Source of the DNA: the human T2T-CHM13v2.0 reference genome, Homo sapiens
Direction: 5' to 3'
Assembly: GCA_009914755.4 (NCBI GenBank)
Contig: CP068257.2
Location: 23,488,001-23,552,000, forward strand
Length of the DNA stretch: 64,000 nucleotides
Position numbers and translations under genes: made by a program. Shown piece after piece: positions 1 to 15,739 of the stretch. Under the pieces are notes generated by a model. It made no database searches and was not told the DNA's origin. It saw only the letters and a list, made by a program, of their open reading frames with translations. Each line of letters starts with the position of its first letter. Positions within the stretch are counted from its first letter, which is position 1.

Positions 1-1689
1 GGAAAAATCACATTAAATTTACATAGGGAATACAAGGAAGCCCCTTAATATTAAATAATCTACCAAAATCCTACAGAAATCTCATGAATAATGATAATAG
101 GCTAGGTGCATACCTTGCTAAGATCAGGAGCATGATAAGGCTACTAATTATCACTGCTTCTACTCAACCCTGAATAGGAAATGCGCCAGTGTTGAGTGAA
201 AGAAAATAACAAGTGTATGTGATTGAAAAGAAGAAATAGTTGCACATGATGATTGATTACAAGAAAATCCAAAAGCTCTACAGATCTACAGAAAAATTAT
301 TAGAATTAATATAAAGCTTAGACAACTCAATAAAAGAGCAATTTATGTAAAATTAATTTTATTTTTATATGTGAGAAATAAACACATAAAATAGTATTAA
401 AAATTATGCTGTTACAACAGTATGAGAATAACAGAATACATTTATTTTTTTAAAAAGTATGATAAAAGTTTGATAGACATTGAAGAGAAGTTAAATTCAT
501 AGAGAAATATACTCTCTTCCTGAGAAAAATATATTTCTTAAAAATGTGATTGTCTCCATAATTGTATATAATGACTTAATAGCAATTCCAATAAAATCTC
601 AAATTGTGTTTTTTTCAAGTAAATCAACATTCTGAATATGAAAACTGATATGGAAGATGAAATTTTGAGAATAGCTAAGATATTTCTGTAGAGGAATGAT
701 TAATGTGTAAAGTATTTACTGTAACTGATTACTTATATTGAATTGTAATTTATGATTCAAATTATAAATTATAGATTATACATTTCAAGCACAGTTATTT
801 TGGTACAGATATATTTTTTTAATGGAGCGATGAAACAAAACTGGAAAGAAACAGACATAGGACTAAATTTGGCATTTGCATTTGCTTCTGTTTGAAAAGT
901 CTCTCTCCACTTCCTCCTGGTCTCTCCCTAAATGCCACTTCCCAATAAGGACTCTTCCATGTATATCCTATCAAAATTTACATGCCCAAATATCTATATG
1001 TAGTTCTCTTAGCAAACATAAAATATAACATTCTTTCAAGTATAGGTTACAATAACACACAAAAGCTTCATCAAGAAATTTATTTAAAGCATAATGTGAT
1101 ATTTACACAATGAAGGCAAAATCGAACAACCACGCCCAGAAGCAATAGTTTGTAAACCTTTCATTTAAAGTAACGGTTAATATTTCTTAATACATTAATC
1201 TCAGGTTCTATTTGAAATGCTCCAGTTTATTCATGTTTATTCCTCTCTCTTTTAGTTAACACCTTTAGAATAAGCAATTTTCTTTCTCATTTCCGGGTCT
1301 GTGCACAAATTGTAAACTCACTTCACCAGCAGAATTGGCTTTTCCTTCTCCCTCAATATATGCAAATTTAACCCTTATCTAAGCTCTGGCTGTAGACGTC
1401 ACTCCTTTCATCTCCAGCCTTTAATTATATCCCACATCTGCACCAAGTCTGGCACTGAATGGCTATTTTCCCAGCCTCATGCCAGGCCTTGGGTACCACA
1501 TTTCACTCCATCCATTTAAAATCATTTATTGCTCCTATTCTTTGTTTCTGCCTTCCTGACATGTACCCAGACTCTAACTTCTGCAATATATTAGTCCTTT
1601 AAAATCCTACTCTTCCTTCCGGATTCATTTAGCTTCTCCCCCAGTCAGTATTTCTCCATTTCCTCAACCCCAGGCAATCATATTTTAGC

Positions 1690-1770
1690 ACTTCATTTAT
1701 TCATTATGTAACTAATGTATGCATGCATAACTGGCACAAAATAAGTACTCAGTAATTGCTTGTTGAATGA
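1690..1770 (+). mobile_element. MIR-family SINE fragment (3' portion)
   Basis: Ends ...gtactcagtaattgcttgttgaatgaa, which resembles the MIR 3' consensus (...gcgctcaataaatg...gaatgaa). Old and diverged. Confidence 0.4.
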
Positions 1771-1810
1771 AAAAATGCTTGTTGAATGAAAAAAATTGCT
1801 TGTTGAATGA
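1754..1810. repeat. Tandem ~20-bp repeat, 3 copies (a)ttgcttgttgaatgaaaaaa, at the 5' junction of the adjacent L1
   Basis: Three consecutive copies of tgcttgttgaatgaa separated by a-runs. The third copy (1790-1810, aaaaattgcttgttgaatgaa) is identical to the sequence at 2570-2589 on the far side of the L1. Confidence 0.8.
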
Positions 1811-2569
1811 AAAAATGCTCAACATCACTAATGATCAGGGAAATGCAAATTAAAACCACATTGCAATACCACCTCACTCATGAAGAATGGCCATAACCAA
1901 AAAATCAAAAAATAATAGATGTTGGCAGGGATGCAGTTAAAAGGGAACACTTTTACACTGCTGGTGGGAATGCAAACTGGTACAACCACTATGGAAAACA
2001 GTGTGGAGATTCTTTAAAGAACTAAAAGTAGAACTACCATTTGATCCAGCAGTCCCACTACTGTGTATCTACCCAAAGGAAAAGAAGTCATTATACAAAA
2101 AAGATACTTGCACACATATGTTTATAGCAGCACAATTTACAATTGCAAAAATATGGAACCAGCGTAAATGCCCATCAATCAGTGGGTGAATAAAGGCATT
2201 GTTTTATATATATACACCATGGAATACTATTCAGCCATTAAAAAAATGAAATAATGCATTTGTAGCAACCTGGATGGAATTGGAGACCATTATTTTAAGT
2301 GAAGTAACTCAGGAACGGAAAACCAAACATTGTATGTTCTCACTCATAAGTGGGAGCTAAGCTATGAGGATGCAAAGACGTAAGAATGATACAATGGACT
2401 TTGGGCACTTGGGGGGAAAGGGTGAGAGGGGAATGAGTGACAAAAGACTACAAATTAGGTACAGTATATACTGTTTGGGTGATGGGTGCACCACAGTCTC
2501 ACAAACCACCAGTAAAAAACTTATGTAACCAAACACCACCTGTTCCAAAAACCTATGGAAATTAAAGGA
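1811..2569 (+). mobile_element. L1 LINE 3'-end fragment (5'-truncated; ORF2 C-terminus plus 3'UTR), older primate subfamily
   Basis: Translation of 1822-2190 gives ...IREMQIKTTLQYHLTHEEWP...[58 protein letters not shown], which matches the L1 ORF2p C-terminus. It is followed by the canonical ...catggaatactattcagccattaaaaaaatgaa and ...gttctcactcataagtgggagctaa 3'UTR motifs. The 21-bp TSD aaaaattgcttgttgaatgaa sits at 1790-1810 and 2570-2589. Confidence 0.9.
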
Positions 2570-3068
2570 AAAATTGCTTGTTGAATGAATAAATGAGTGA
2601 TTTTTTTGTTTGTTTTCTAAAGGTATAGGCTGGAGGTCAGGAACCAATTATATTTTCTGGGTATTTTTCTGTGCATCTAACATGATGCTAAGTATATGGA
2701 AAACACTACTGTAGATTATTAGAATAAATAAATGTATGAATTCTGTTTCTATGGGTGAATGAATGTGTCTGTGTGTGTGAGAAAGACAAAGACAGATAAA
2801 GGCAGGAGGAATTACTTGTTCACCCTTGGAGAAGGTAATACAACATTCAAAATGACAAGCTTTCTTCTAGAAGATTAAATGCCAGCATACTATGATTAAA
2901 CTCTTTGTTTTCTTTTATAAGATACTTAGATGAAAAAGTTAGTATTTCACTTATAAAAGTTAAGTTTTATATTTAACTTTTGGACATTTGCTGCCTATGT
3001 GTCTAATTTATTTTCCATTTTGTTGTCTGTTTTTCAAGATGTATATTTCAGAATAACATTTCCCATAA

Positions 3069-3342
<274 letters not shown>

Positions 3343-3939
3343 TAAACTTATATGTAACTGAACATAGTATTCAAATATTTGCCTTTTTTTCTATATAAAT
3401 GACTTATATGTTTCTGTAGGAGAAAGTGATTCTGACAAATCAGTGAAATGCATAAAGAAAGGACAAAGAGACAGGACATGTCACAAAAGATTTTTTTGCG
3501 CTACGTCACCTCTGTGGGTTTTAAGAGGTGAGTCAAAGTGCTTCAACTCTGTCCTCTACAGTAGTTGCAATGATAACTAATTCTCCCCAGGTTTGACAGC
3601 ACAAAAGCCCTCCCACAGGTACCCTGCTGTACCAATGGTGGCTTATCTCACTAGAAAGTTGCTCCTCTGTCAACATTGGGCGTCTCTGGAAGGAGAGTTG
3701 GACCACTCTTTCCTCACTTTTCTCTGTATGTCAAAACTGAACTTGATAATTTCAAAGCCCAGACTCTCCTTGCAGACCCATCCTCAACCAGGAAACTTCC
3801 AGGACTACATGTTGTCCAAGTAGTGAAAGTGCCCTATAACGGAAAAGAGCTGACAGCATATGCAAACGTGACAAAGCATAAGAGTTTTCCTGGTTAGTCA
3901 TTTGCTGGCTTTCACATGTTCATAATAAGCCTCATACCT

Positions 3940-3995
3940 TCACAGTGTGTGGTACAGAGTAGACACTCAAATATTTTTGTTGAATGAATGAAAGT
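3940..3995 (+). mobile_element. MIR SINE fragment
   Basis: cacagtgtgtggtacagagtagacactcaaatatttttgttgaatgaatgaa resembles the MIR 3' end (cagtgcctggcacatagtaag.gctcaataaatg...). Confidence 0.4.
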
Positions 3996-5319
3996 ATTAC
4001 ATGAGGCAGAAATTTGAGTAAGAATAGATGTATATGCAAACATTCTGTGGTCACTATTTGGTAGGAAAAGGGAAAAGTTAATCAGTATGTACCCACTATT
4101 CATCCAGCTCTGTTGGGTGGTGAATGACAGTGTACGGTTGCTGTATTAAATAACAGCAACAAGAAAACACAAGTAGTTTTTATTTTGGCATAAACTTCAT
4201 GTTACTTTCTAGTTGGTTAACTCAATGCCTTGCATCTGTTTTGTTAACATCTTCTTGAACACATTGTATTTTTCACATTTAATAGTGTCAAGGCTTTTCA
4301 CAGTAGGGCTTACATTTGATTTCGTCACACAATAGACAATTCCTAAGACAACCTATAATTCCAATCCATTAGGCTAATGGATTGTAGCTGCTGTGAGCAG
4401 TGGGCCTGTAATCTTTTGATAATAAAGTCTAGTAAGACATAAAATATAAAAATAAATAAACTGAAAGGACTAGATTTAGCTGACATAAATATTTTCTTTT
4501 TTCCTTATAAAAGCCTAGTAAATAGTCACAGTCAACAGAATTTTTAGAATTACATATGGATACATATGAATAATTGCATCACACAATATTGACAAAGCTC
4601 CAAAAGTGATAAGTTTTTGTTTGGGAAGTCTTGGTAATGAAAATTCTTTACTTTCTTTTTTTCAATTTTTACTTTTAAAAGCCTATTATTATTACATGTC
4701 ATTGCTTATGTATTACAGCATTTATCATTATAGATTGTATTCAAGTGGATATTCTTAGACCACATTCTTGAGGCGTTATTAGTATAAGAACCTGCCTATG
4801 GGAGAAGTGGACCTACCATGAAAGAAGGTGAAGCATCATGGAAGAGAATTGGTATTTTACATTTAAATTTTTAATTTATCTGAGTCACTCCACTGAATTG
4901 CAGAAAAGCAAATATGTCCCCTTAAATCAATTTCATGGAGTTAAAAAAGAAATGTTCTTATAACATCTGGCTTCTGTTTTCAGAAAGCTGAAATTCTGTC
5001 TGTTGGAGAACATGGGGAGGAAATCTGGAACACCCAATCCAGCTGGTTTAGCCACCTAATGAACCATTCCATTAGTAACTAAAGATCTTTGCTTTGTTCA
5101 TGTTACCTGCATTAGAACCTGAACTCCTTCAAAGAAATTCTCTTTCTCTTGTTTCTATAGAAACAATGCTGCTAAAATATATTACATATCATTAATATTT
5201 TGAAGTCTATGATTAATAAATATGAAAAATAATTATTGATGTTCATTCTTAAAGCTTCACTGTAAACATAACTGTCTTCATGCTTCATCAATGTCCCTAT
5301 ATACCTCGCTTTTTTGATA

Positions 5320-5500
5320 ATAATGAAAAAGAAGTAGAGGTTGTAAAAGAAAGGTGAGGGTAGAAGAAAAGAGCAGAAAAGGGGAAAAAGGGATTGGAAA
5401 GGGGAAGAAGGAGAGGGCACAAGAGGAAAGGTAGTGGGAGAGGAGGAAAGAGAAGAGAGGAGGAAAGGAGAAAGTGGTTTCTGAGGGAAGGAGCATTGGA
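5320..5500. repeat. Purine-rich (GA/GGA) low-complexity tract
   Basis: Long run of g/a on the + strand (gaaaaagaagtagaggttgtaaaagaaaggtgagggtagaagaaaagagcagaaaaggggaaaaagggattggaaaggggaagaagg...). It underlies the proline/serine-rich spurious minus-strand ORFs at 5172-5557. Confidence 0.8.
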
Positions 5501-6592
5501 GGCCATGATTTTGACCCAAGGCTCATTTGCATACATACCATAAGGCCTTGGAGGCACGTGTCATCATTTAAAGGATGGAGGGGATGTCTTTATTACAAGG
5601 TCACTATGTATAGATGCAGTTGTGCAGTGAAAGTACTTAGATGTTGAGATGCCATAAATCTAATAGCCCCTCCCCGCACCAGGCTTAAGATGTATGTTTT
5701 GGTGAGAAATTTACTCCAAGCCAGGCTAATGAAGGGAAAGCTTAGAGTGAATGGGAAAGAGAATAACAGGAATGCCTCCTTGATCACCACACCAGATGTA
5801 CGATGCTGAGGAAGGCATGAGAAGCCTAGAAAAGAGCTTCTGAGACTCTCAGATGCTGGAAGGCATCACTGGAACAGCTTCCCTCCTCAGGAAGCCAGAG
5901 TCAGCAGTGCATTGTTTGGGCTCTGCTAGTTCCACATGAGCCAGGATAAGTAGCTTGGGAGGCGGCAGAGCTACAAGGTTTCCAGCACAAGTGGCTGCTG
6001 GTGGGGAACTCAGCTGGAACCACCATGACCAGCTCCCTGGCTAGAGAGTGCAAGTGACCTATGTCTTTGCCTGCAGCAGTTCCTGGGTATCAGGGAGACT
6101 GGCCCACTCCCTCAGCAACAGGTCAGAAAAGAACTCATCCTTGGAGGGAAGTTTCTAGGGAGGGAAGCCAATGAGGAGGGCCCTTATTTCTGTTTCTCCC
6201 TGGGTCTGCCCCTGGTGCTACATATCAGAGAAGAAAGACCCCCACGGGGTTGTGCAAAGAGGGCCAACAGAGCACCTCCAATTTATTCCAAGGGCAAATG
6301 GCTAGAGGCACAGACAAAAATGTTGGGCACCTGAGGGAAAAGGATTTAAGGCCAGAGTTTGGCTTCATTGATGTCTGGCCCTCTTCAGGCCGAAATTTGT
6401 GTACAGCTACTTCTAGCAGGGGTGAGATCACCAGGAGAAATGTCTGATGATGAAGTAGCCAGGCCCTCCCCAAATCCAGGAGCAATGTCTGCATGGGCCA
6501 GTTAGTGTGCAGGGTGGGAGGGGCAGAGCACAGTGTTCTCTTGGACAGCATTCTTTGCCACCCTCCTTACCCCCCAGCCACTTCTAACCAGG

Positions 6593-6976
6593 TGTATTAG
6601 TCCGTCCTCGCATTGGAATGAGGAACTACCTGAGACTGGGTAATTGATGGAGAAAAGAGGTTTGATTGACTTACAGTTCCGCAGGCTGTACAGGAAGCAT
6701 GACTGGGGAGGCCTCAGGAAACTTACAATCATAGCAGAAGGCCAAGGGGAAGCAGGCTCTTACATGCTGGGAGCAGGAGAGAGAGTGAAGGGGGAGGTGT
6801 TACACACTTTTAAACAACCAGATCTCATGAGAACTCAGTCACTATCGCCAGAACAGCAAGAGCAAAACCAGCACCCCCACAGTGATCCCATCACCTTGCA
6901 CCAGGACCCGCCTCTAACACTGAGGATTACCATTTGACATGAGATCTGGGAGAGGACACAGACTCAAACCATATCA
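6593..6976 (-). mobile_element. Solo ERVL-MaLR LTR (THE1/MST-like), diverged
   Basis: + strand starts tgtattagtccgtcctcgcattg (reverse complement of the LTR 3' terminus ...gaacggactaataca) and ends ...caaaccatatca (reverse complement of TGATATGGTTTG). Internal motifs present: cttacagttccgcaggctg...gcctcaggaaacttacaatcatagcagaaggc...ccagatctcatgagaactcagtcactatc. Confidence 0.8.
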
Positions 6977-8727
6977 CCTGGGCTATGTTAGAATCACAGC
7001 ATGTTTCCTTGGAGCTCTTTAGAGCTCCAGGAATATGGGGCCTTCTCTCAATGAGTCAATCTGGAGTCATCATGATTGTCACAGCTAGAAAATGGATTTA
7101 GATTTGTCACTCTTTTGTTCAAATGTTTTGACAATCTAGAGACATATGTATTACCAAGGACAATACTTCCTTCAAATTTTCCTCAGTATCGCAAATAAAG
7201 CGTAATTTTTATTTAGCAGGCTTCCAGGAGAAGCTAATTCCCATATTAAAAATTAAAAACTGGTGGCTGTATCTATATGTAACAGTTAACTTTTTCCAAA
7301 ATCTTTTTATTTTAATATAGCTAATATTCATAACTTTCTACTTAATCCCTAAAAATAGATTATGTTTTTCCATGAAAGTTACATTTTTTTAACACCGAAC
7401 TGAATCCAATTATCTTTTGATGTCAGCCTGTGAGTAGCACAAAAATAAAATTACAATAACAATTGGAAGCTGATAAAAGTAAGAATCTTCAAAAATTAAC
7501 TTTTTGTTTCTAGTAAAGAAATCTTCAAGGATTTTAAAATAAACTTTTAATGGAACCCCTTGCACAGTATGTCTACTTGCGGGATATCATTTAGTTAAGT
7601 TAGTTTGAAGTAAATTTATTAAAAATATTGATTTGTTTTTATTATATTTCAAATTAAAATGATTACATAATAAAGTCACTTTCAGATACACATTAACTAT
7701 TTTTAATCTTTTAAATATGTTGTCATCAAATTCCTTTTAACGATAATAGGCTCTAATGGAAAAATATTACATCTATATTTCAAGTATGATCTACATTTTT
7801 TATAAAGAACTCTGAATCTTTTTTAATATAATAACCAAATCATTAGTAGCCTAATGATTGTCCAGAACAATAAAGCTAAATTGAAAAATACTTTTCCAAC
7901 TGACATGAATTTATACAATGAACTAAATCTTTAATGAAGTTTTCTGCAGTGATACAACTTAAAAACCATCTTAAAGTATTATATACTTGACACCAGAATC
8001 TTTTAACAATTTAAAAATACTCTCTTTAAAATGAGTTCTAACACCACCTGTACTGAGAGATACTGATTAGAGGAAGAAGAAAGTCACCTATGAATAAAAA
8101 TAGTTCAGAAGCCACTTTGCAAACATTTAGCAGTCTTTAAATTCTCTAGTCTTTTAAAAGGAGAAATAGGGATTCCATTGCATGTTATGCTACTATGGTT
8201 TTTTGTGTGTAGATGGAAGACATGAGCTATAATAATGGTTAAATATACTGTATATTGAATTACTCATCTCTAATGAGCTTAGAATAACACTTTTATGTGA
8301 GCACAAATTGTATATATCTAAATTTAATTATACATCATTGAAAGTATTTCACCTGGTTTGCCGTGAAATTCTTCACCTGTGTGAGCTTCTTCCTTCTCTT
8401 TTCCCTTTTTAGTTAACATGTTTTCTCTAAGTTCCAGAATCCAGAAATTGGTGCATAGTATAAAATCAACTGGTAAATTTTAACTTTAAATGTTGTTTCT
8501 GGATTATCTTTCTTAAGTACGTCAAAATCTACTCAAGTTAATACTAGGCTATCTTTAGAACTTGACTATAGGACACAGACTACAACATTCAACAGGAACA
8601 TGACCTTCCCCACTCCATTCTAATAGATGGATGAAGGGTCACAGATACTTATTATATTTATCCACATGAATTCCCATTTTAATTGAAAAGCAAATGCCTG
8701 AGAAAAGAGCTAGAAGGTTCTTATTTC

Positions 8728-9044
<317 letters not shown>

Positions 9045-9559
9045 TAAATTATTTGTAATAAAAAGCTGTCTGATTTGGAAATAAACACTTTTAAAATGCA
9101 AAATTGTTTTGTTCATATCCTATGGCTGTCACGATTTATGTGGAGCTATTTAAACAATCGTCTTCTTCAAACGTATCTATATATTATGTTGAGGGAGGAC
9201 AATACCTTCTAGTGGAATCCATCAATAAATGTATTTCTCAGGCTTGTAACTAACATAATGTAACATTTCAGAATGTCTTTGTCCCCAGATGCTCTGCCAA
9301 TGGAATGCTCCCTGCTGCTAAAAGTTATGCTTTCCACCTCTTTTTATAACTTGTCTGGCAGACTTGGCATGAAGGTGACAACTTAAGCTAAAAATCTGTC
9401 AAAACAAAGAATAGCTAACAGGCATGTCTAAGGCTGATGTGAAAATGGAACACAAGCCAACTAGAATGAAATGTATGCTATATAGATGCTTGTTCAGAAA
9501 TAGGTACATCTGTGTTTACTGTAGTGAACACATATTTCTGGGCAACCATTTACTTTCCA

Positions 9560-9880
9560 GATCTACTGCAAGGTTCTCTGGATCCGTAGTGAAGACAGTC
9601 CCTGCCCTCAAGAACATAAACATAGGAACAGCTAACATTATTGAGCTCTCTCAGTGCTCCAGGAACTCTTCCAAATGCTTTCATATGTTACCTAATATTA
9701 AGATAATTAATCCTCACAATAAGGCTATGTGATAGGTGAATTATTGTACACATTTTGTAGATGAGAAAACCGAGGTACACAAAGTTAAAGGATCTTGCCC
9801 AGATTAGACAGATAGATACTAGGCTGTAGAGCCAGAGCTCACTTCCAAGCAGACCAACCCAGAGGCTCCACTCTTACCTA
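9560..9880 (-). mobile_element. MIR-family SINE (antisense)
   Basis: ...attaatcctcacaataaggctatgtgataggt...gtagatgagaaaaccgaggtacacaaagttaaaggatcttgcccagattagacagatagatactaggctgtagagccagagctcacttccaagcagaccaacccagaggc matches the reverse complement of the MIR core (aatcctcacaacaaccctatgaggtagg...cattttacagatgaggaaactgaggcacagagaggttaagtaacttgcccaaggtcacacagc...). Confidence 0.55.
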
Positions 9881-10406
9881 CTCCTCCATCCTGCCTCTTT
9901 TGCAATGTTATGAAGGAGATACATGGATAAATGCAAAATTCCAACATAGAGGTTAGAGTGTTAAAGTATAAAAAGAATATTTGTGGTTTTGTTGCACACT
10001 GTGTGGACGTGAAGGGGAGTATATTAAAAAAGGATTCTCGTACAACATAATGGAGCAGGAAAGTTTGTTCGTCCCAGGCAAACAGAAAAGTATCTGCAAT
10101 AGTGCTGAATATTTTGTAAATCACATTGTGTCCTAAATTAACTGAACTCGAGATTTCATTCATTTTAGAAAAGGTGGTAAATAGGGTGTTTTGAAACAAC
10201 ATTGTTGCTGTTTATTCTTCAATGAGTTGCTAACAAATTATTCCAAATGTATTGGTGTGATGATTAAGATTTATCACTTACAAACCAGGAATTCCCTAGA
10301 AATCAAAGAACAAGAGTATAACTGTGAAAAAAGAATCTCTCATTTGGCTATGTATGCCCTTGTGTGTCATATTCCTGGGCAACACACGGTTATAAAAATG
10401 GACTCA

Positions 10407-10751
<345 letters not shown>

Positions 10752-13566
10752 TTACCTCAATCAAAGGTTGTCCCTATTAGTGAGTGGAAACTAATTCTTC
10801 ACCCGTAACCACTATCTGTGTCCTGTCTCCTGAGTAACCCTCTAAGAACAGAACTACAGAAATCAGTCCTATGTCTTCCCTCTATGAGCCCAGTTCTCTG
10901 GCTAGCCCTTGTCTACCTGAATCCCACGTTAATTCTCCAACAAGAATAGAATCTGAAAAACTAAAATATTGGAAATCTTACCTAGTTTTTCCTCCTACAT
11001 CCCTCTGAAGCTGGATCCTTTAATGATCGATCACCTGAAAGAAATGTGATGTAGAAATATCACCAGAAAATATGAAATTTAAGATACAATGCACTTGCTA
11101 TGGCTAGATAGGTATATTGGTATAATCACTTTCTAGAGCAATTTTACATCTACGACATTTGAAAATGCCCAAAGCTTATTCAGCAATTTCACTTCTAGGT
11201 ATGAAACCTGGAAAAGCTGTCAAGAGTTTGTGCATAATTGTATCATAATATTGTCATAAAATAATCTAAATGTCCATCAACACAGAAATGGATGAATAAA
11301 ATGCAGTATATTTATGTGGTGAAATAATATAAAGTTTAAATGGGAAAAACAAATCCATATGCATCAACTAGGTAGATATCCATATTATAATATTGAGTAA
11401 AACATTTATTTTCTGCTTAAGGACACTTATAGAAATGAAAAGGTAGTGTTATTATTTATGGATATATATGTATAATATATACATATACATCTATACCTTC
11501 AAATTTCTTTGAATACAAGAAGCTAGAATATGATGACGAAAATCAACTTCCAAACAGTTTTCCTTCTGGGAAAGGAGAGAGGAAAATTGGACTGGAGGAG
11601 GAACAAAGAAAAGTTAAAATATTATCTATAATTTTTTTTATAGAATTATTCTAAAGCAATTGTGATCAATCGTTAAAATTGATCATGATGACTTCATGGG
11701 TGTCTGTAATGTATATTACATTCTGTCTTTCTTTTTAAAATTAGAAAGGAAAGGCACACAGCCCAGTTTGAGGATAATGTTGAAGGCCTGGAATAGAGGG
11801 CTTGGGTTGCTTATGTTGGGAGCCATCTCTCCTCTTTTCTCCTTTGAACTCACATTGAATTTCCTCTACTTGTCTTTAATTCTGCATTGATTAGCCCAGT
11901 ACACCTTTTACTTTGTTTTCATTTTATCTCTAAAATAATTTTACGTAGTGAGAAAGGCAGGCATTACTATGGCATTAGTTTCCTTAATGCTAATAAAATG
12001 AGGTGACTTTGCAACATGCATGTACTGATAGGCCAACCTCTGGATTAAGTCTAGGACCGGTCATCTTTCCAGTTTACTCTGTTGAGCTTGTCATAGAAGC
12101 AGGTGTACACCACGTCAGAGTGGTAGCATTAACAGCAGTTGTAGCTTTTGTTGTTGCTGCCACAGTCTTGTTACCACTTTATCTCAAATACGGCTATAAA
12201 GCAAATGTATTTTAGAACACTCTCCAGCTGTTTTGTGCCGCAAAGATACAAGGCACTGGGAGGAAAGCAATCCACCATAACGGTTTCTTGGTGGCTTTCT
12301 CCAATCAGTATTACATAGGTAGGGAATTTGTTTTGACTATGGTATGAGGTAATGTATTATTTTCTGGCTTAAAAACTGACAGCTAAAAGGGGTTTTGAAT
12401 GAAAATTGTGACATTTACAGAGAGAGCAATGATCTTATACAGAAGTCAGGTGGTGGCTTTTTTTTTTTTGCCATTCTGACAGACAGAAGACCTACAGTGA
12501 AGTTATTTTTTTGTCTTGTTAAAACAAATAACTGAAGTAATTCATACCTTTTTTCTGCCCTATTTTTGCTTTGTGTACAATTAAGTATTAAAAGACAATT
12601 TTTCTATTGGGTAAGATTTACCACTGTGTGTATTGATTTCCTTTGAAGTTACTGCAATTGTCTAAGCTGTTACAAGTTTTTATAGCACCATAATGTTCAT
12701 TTAAAATGACCAAAAAAGAGTAAGGATCTCAGGCAAATATAATTATAGAAGTTTACACCAATAATATAATAAACTTTGGCTTTAGGAGAATGCTCTAAAA
12801 TTGCCTTTCTATACATACTACAGGCAACAAAAATGCTATAACAAAGATATTAATTTCCCTAGGACATTCAGCCTATTTGCCTAGAATTTTATTGTTGAAC
12901 ATATTGCTAAATATTCAGTTGCAGGAGTGTTTGCATAGTATCCCCCAAATTTACTATTTTAAGTGGTTCATTACCACCTACTGTATTTTGTTAGCTTTTG
13001 CCTGTATACCCTGCAGTTATAGTCTAAGGAAAGATAAATAAATGAAAGCAATAGAGATTCATGGTTCATGTATTTTAAATATTTGAATGGCAAGTTACAG
13101 CTGCCCATACAAATTTATAGAGACAGGCAATCTCAGCACTGTGACGGAACTTCATATAAATGTCAACAGGCATTCAAAGGTTGTACTTTCACTAATTTCA
13201 CAATGGGTAAGTCTCTCTTGACTTCCTGCCTTCTGAAACAGTTCGTTTGATGCCTTCCTGACTCTTTACACCCTCGGCAAAGGCCGCGGTAGTAAAGGTC
13301 CTTCCAGGACTGGCATGTGGTCATGAACAGCCTGTGTGGGCCTCATATAGTCCCAGCTCATCTGGCAGGATTGGGATGAATGTGATGCTGTGGCCAAATG
13401 TTACTTTAAGGGGCCATAAATGTCTTAGAGTATATTGCTTTATTTCCTTGCCTATATAAGAACAAATTTACATTTCGGGAAATATTAGAAGATTTTTTTT
13501 CTATATTTCCTAACTCTCTTTTTTTTCACTAAAGTTCTAATGTCTAGCTACAGAAATTTGATGTAG

Positions 13567-13939
<373 letters not shown>

Positions 13940-13940
13940 T

Positions 13941-15640
<1,700 letters not shown>

Positions 15641-15739
15641 TATGTTTTCTAATTTGTGATTACCATGATGCTTGCAAATACTATCTTATAACCAATTATT
15701 TTAAACTGGTGACAATTTAACACTGATTGCATAAACAAA

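Noticed and set aside
2001-2189. 62-aa [24 protein letters not shown]... that looks like a coding region
   Set aside because: It is the C-terminal fragment of L1 ORF2p inside a 5'-truncated L1. It is a retrotransposon remnant, not a host gene.
5172-5557. Cluster of overlapping minus-strand ORFs rich in P/S/L/F
   Set aside because: Translation of the complementary strand of a GA-rich low-complexity tract. It is a compositional artefact.
9819-10202. 127-aa minus-strand ORF
   Set aside because: AT-rich chance ORF that partly overlaps a MIR element. There is no homology signal and the composition is random-looking.
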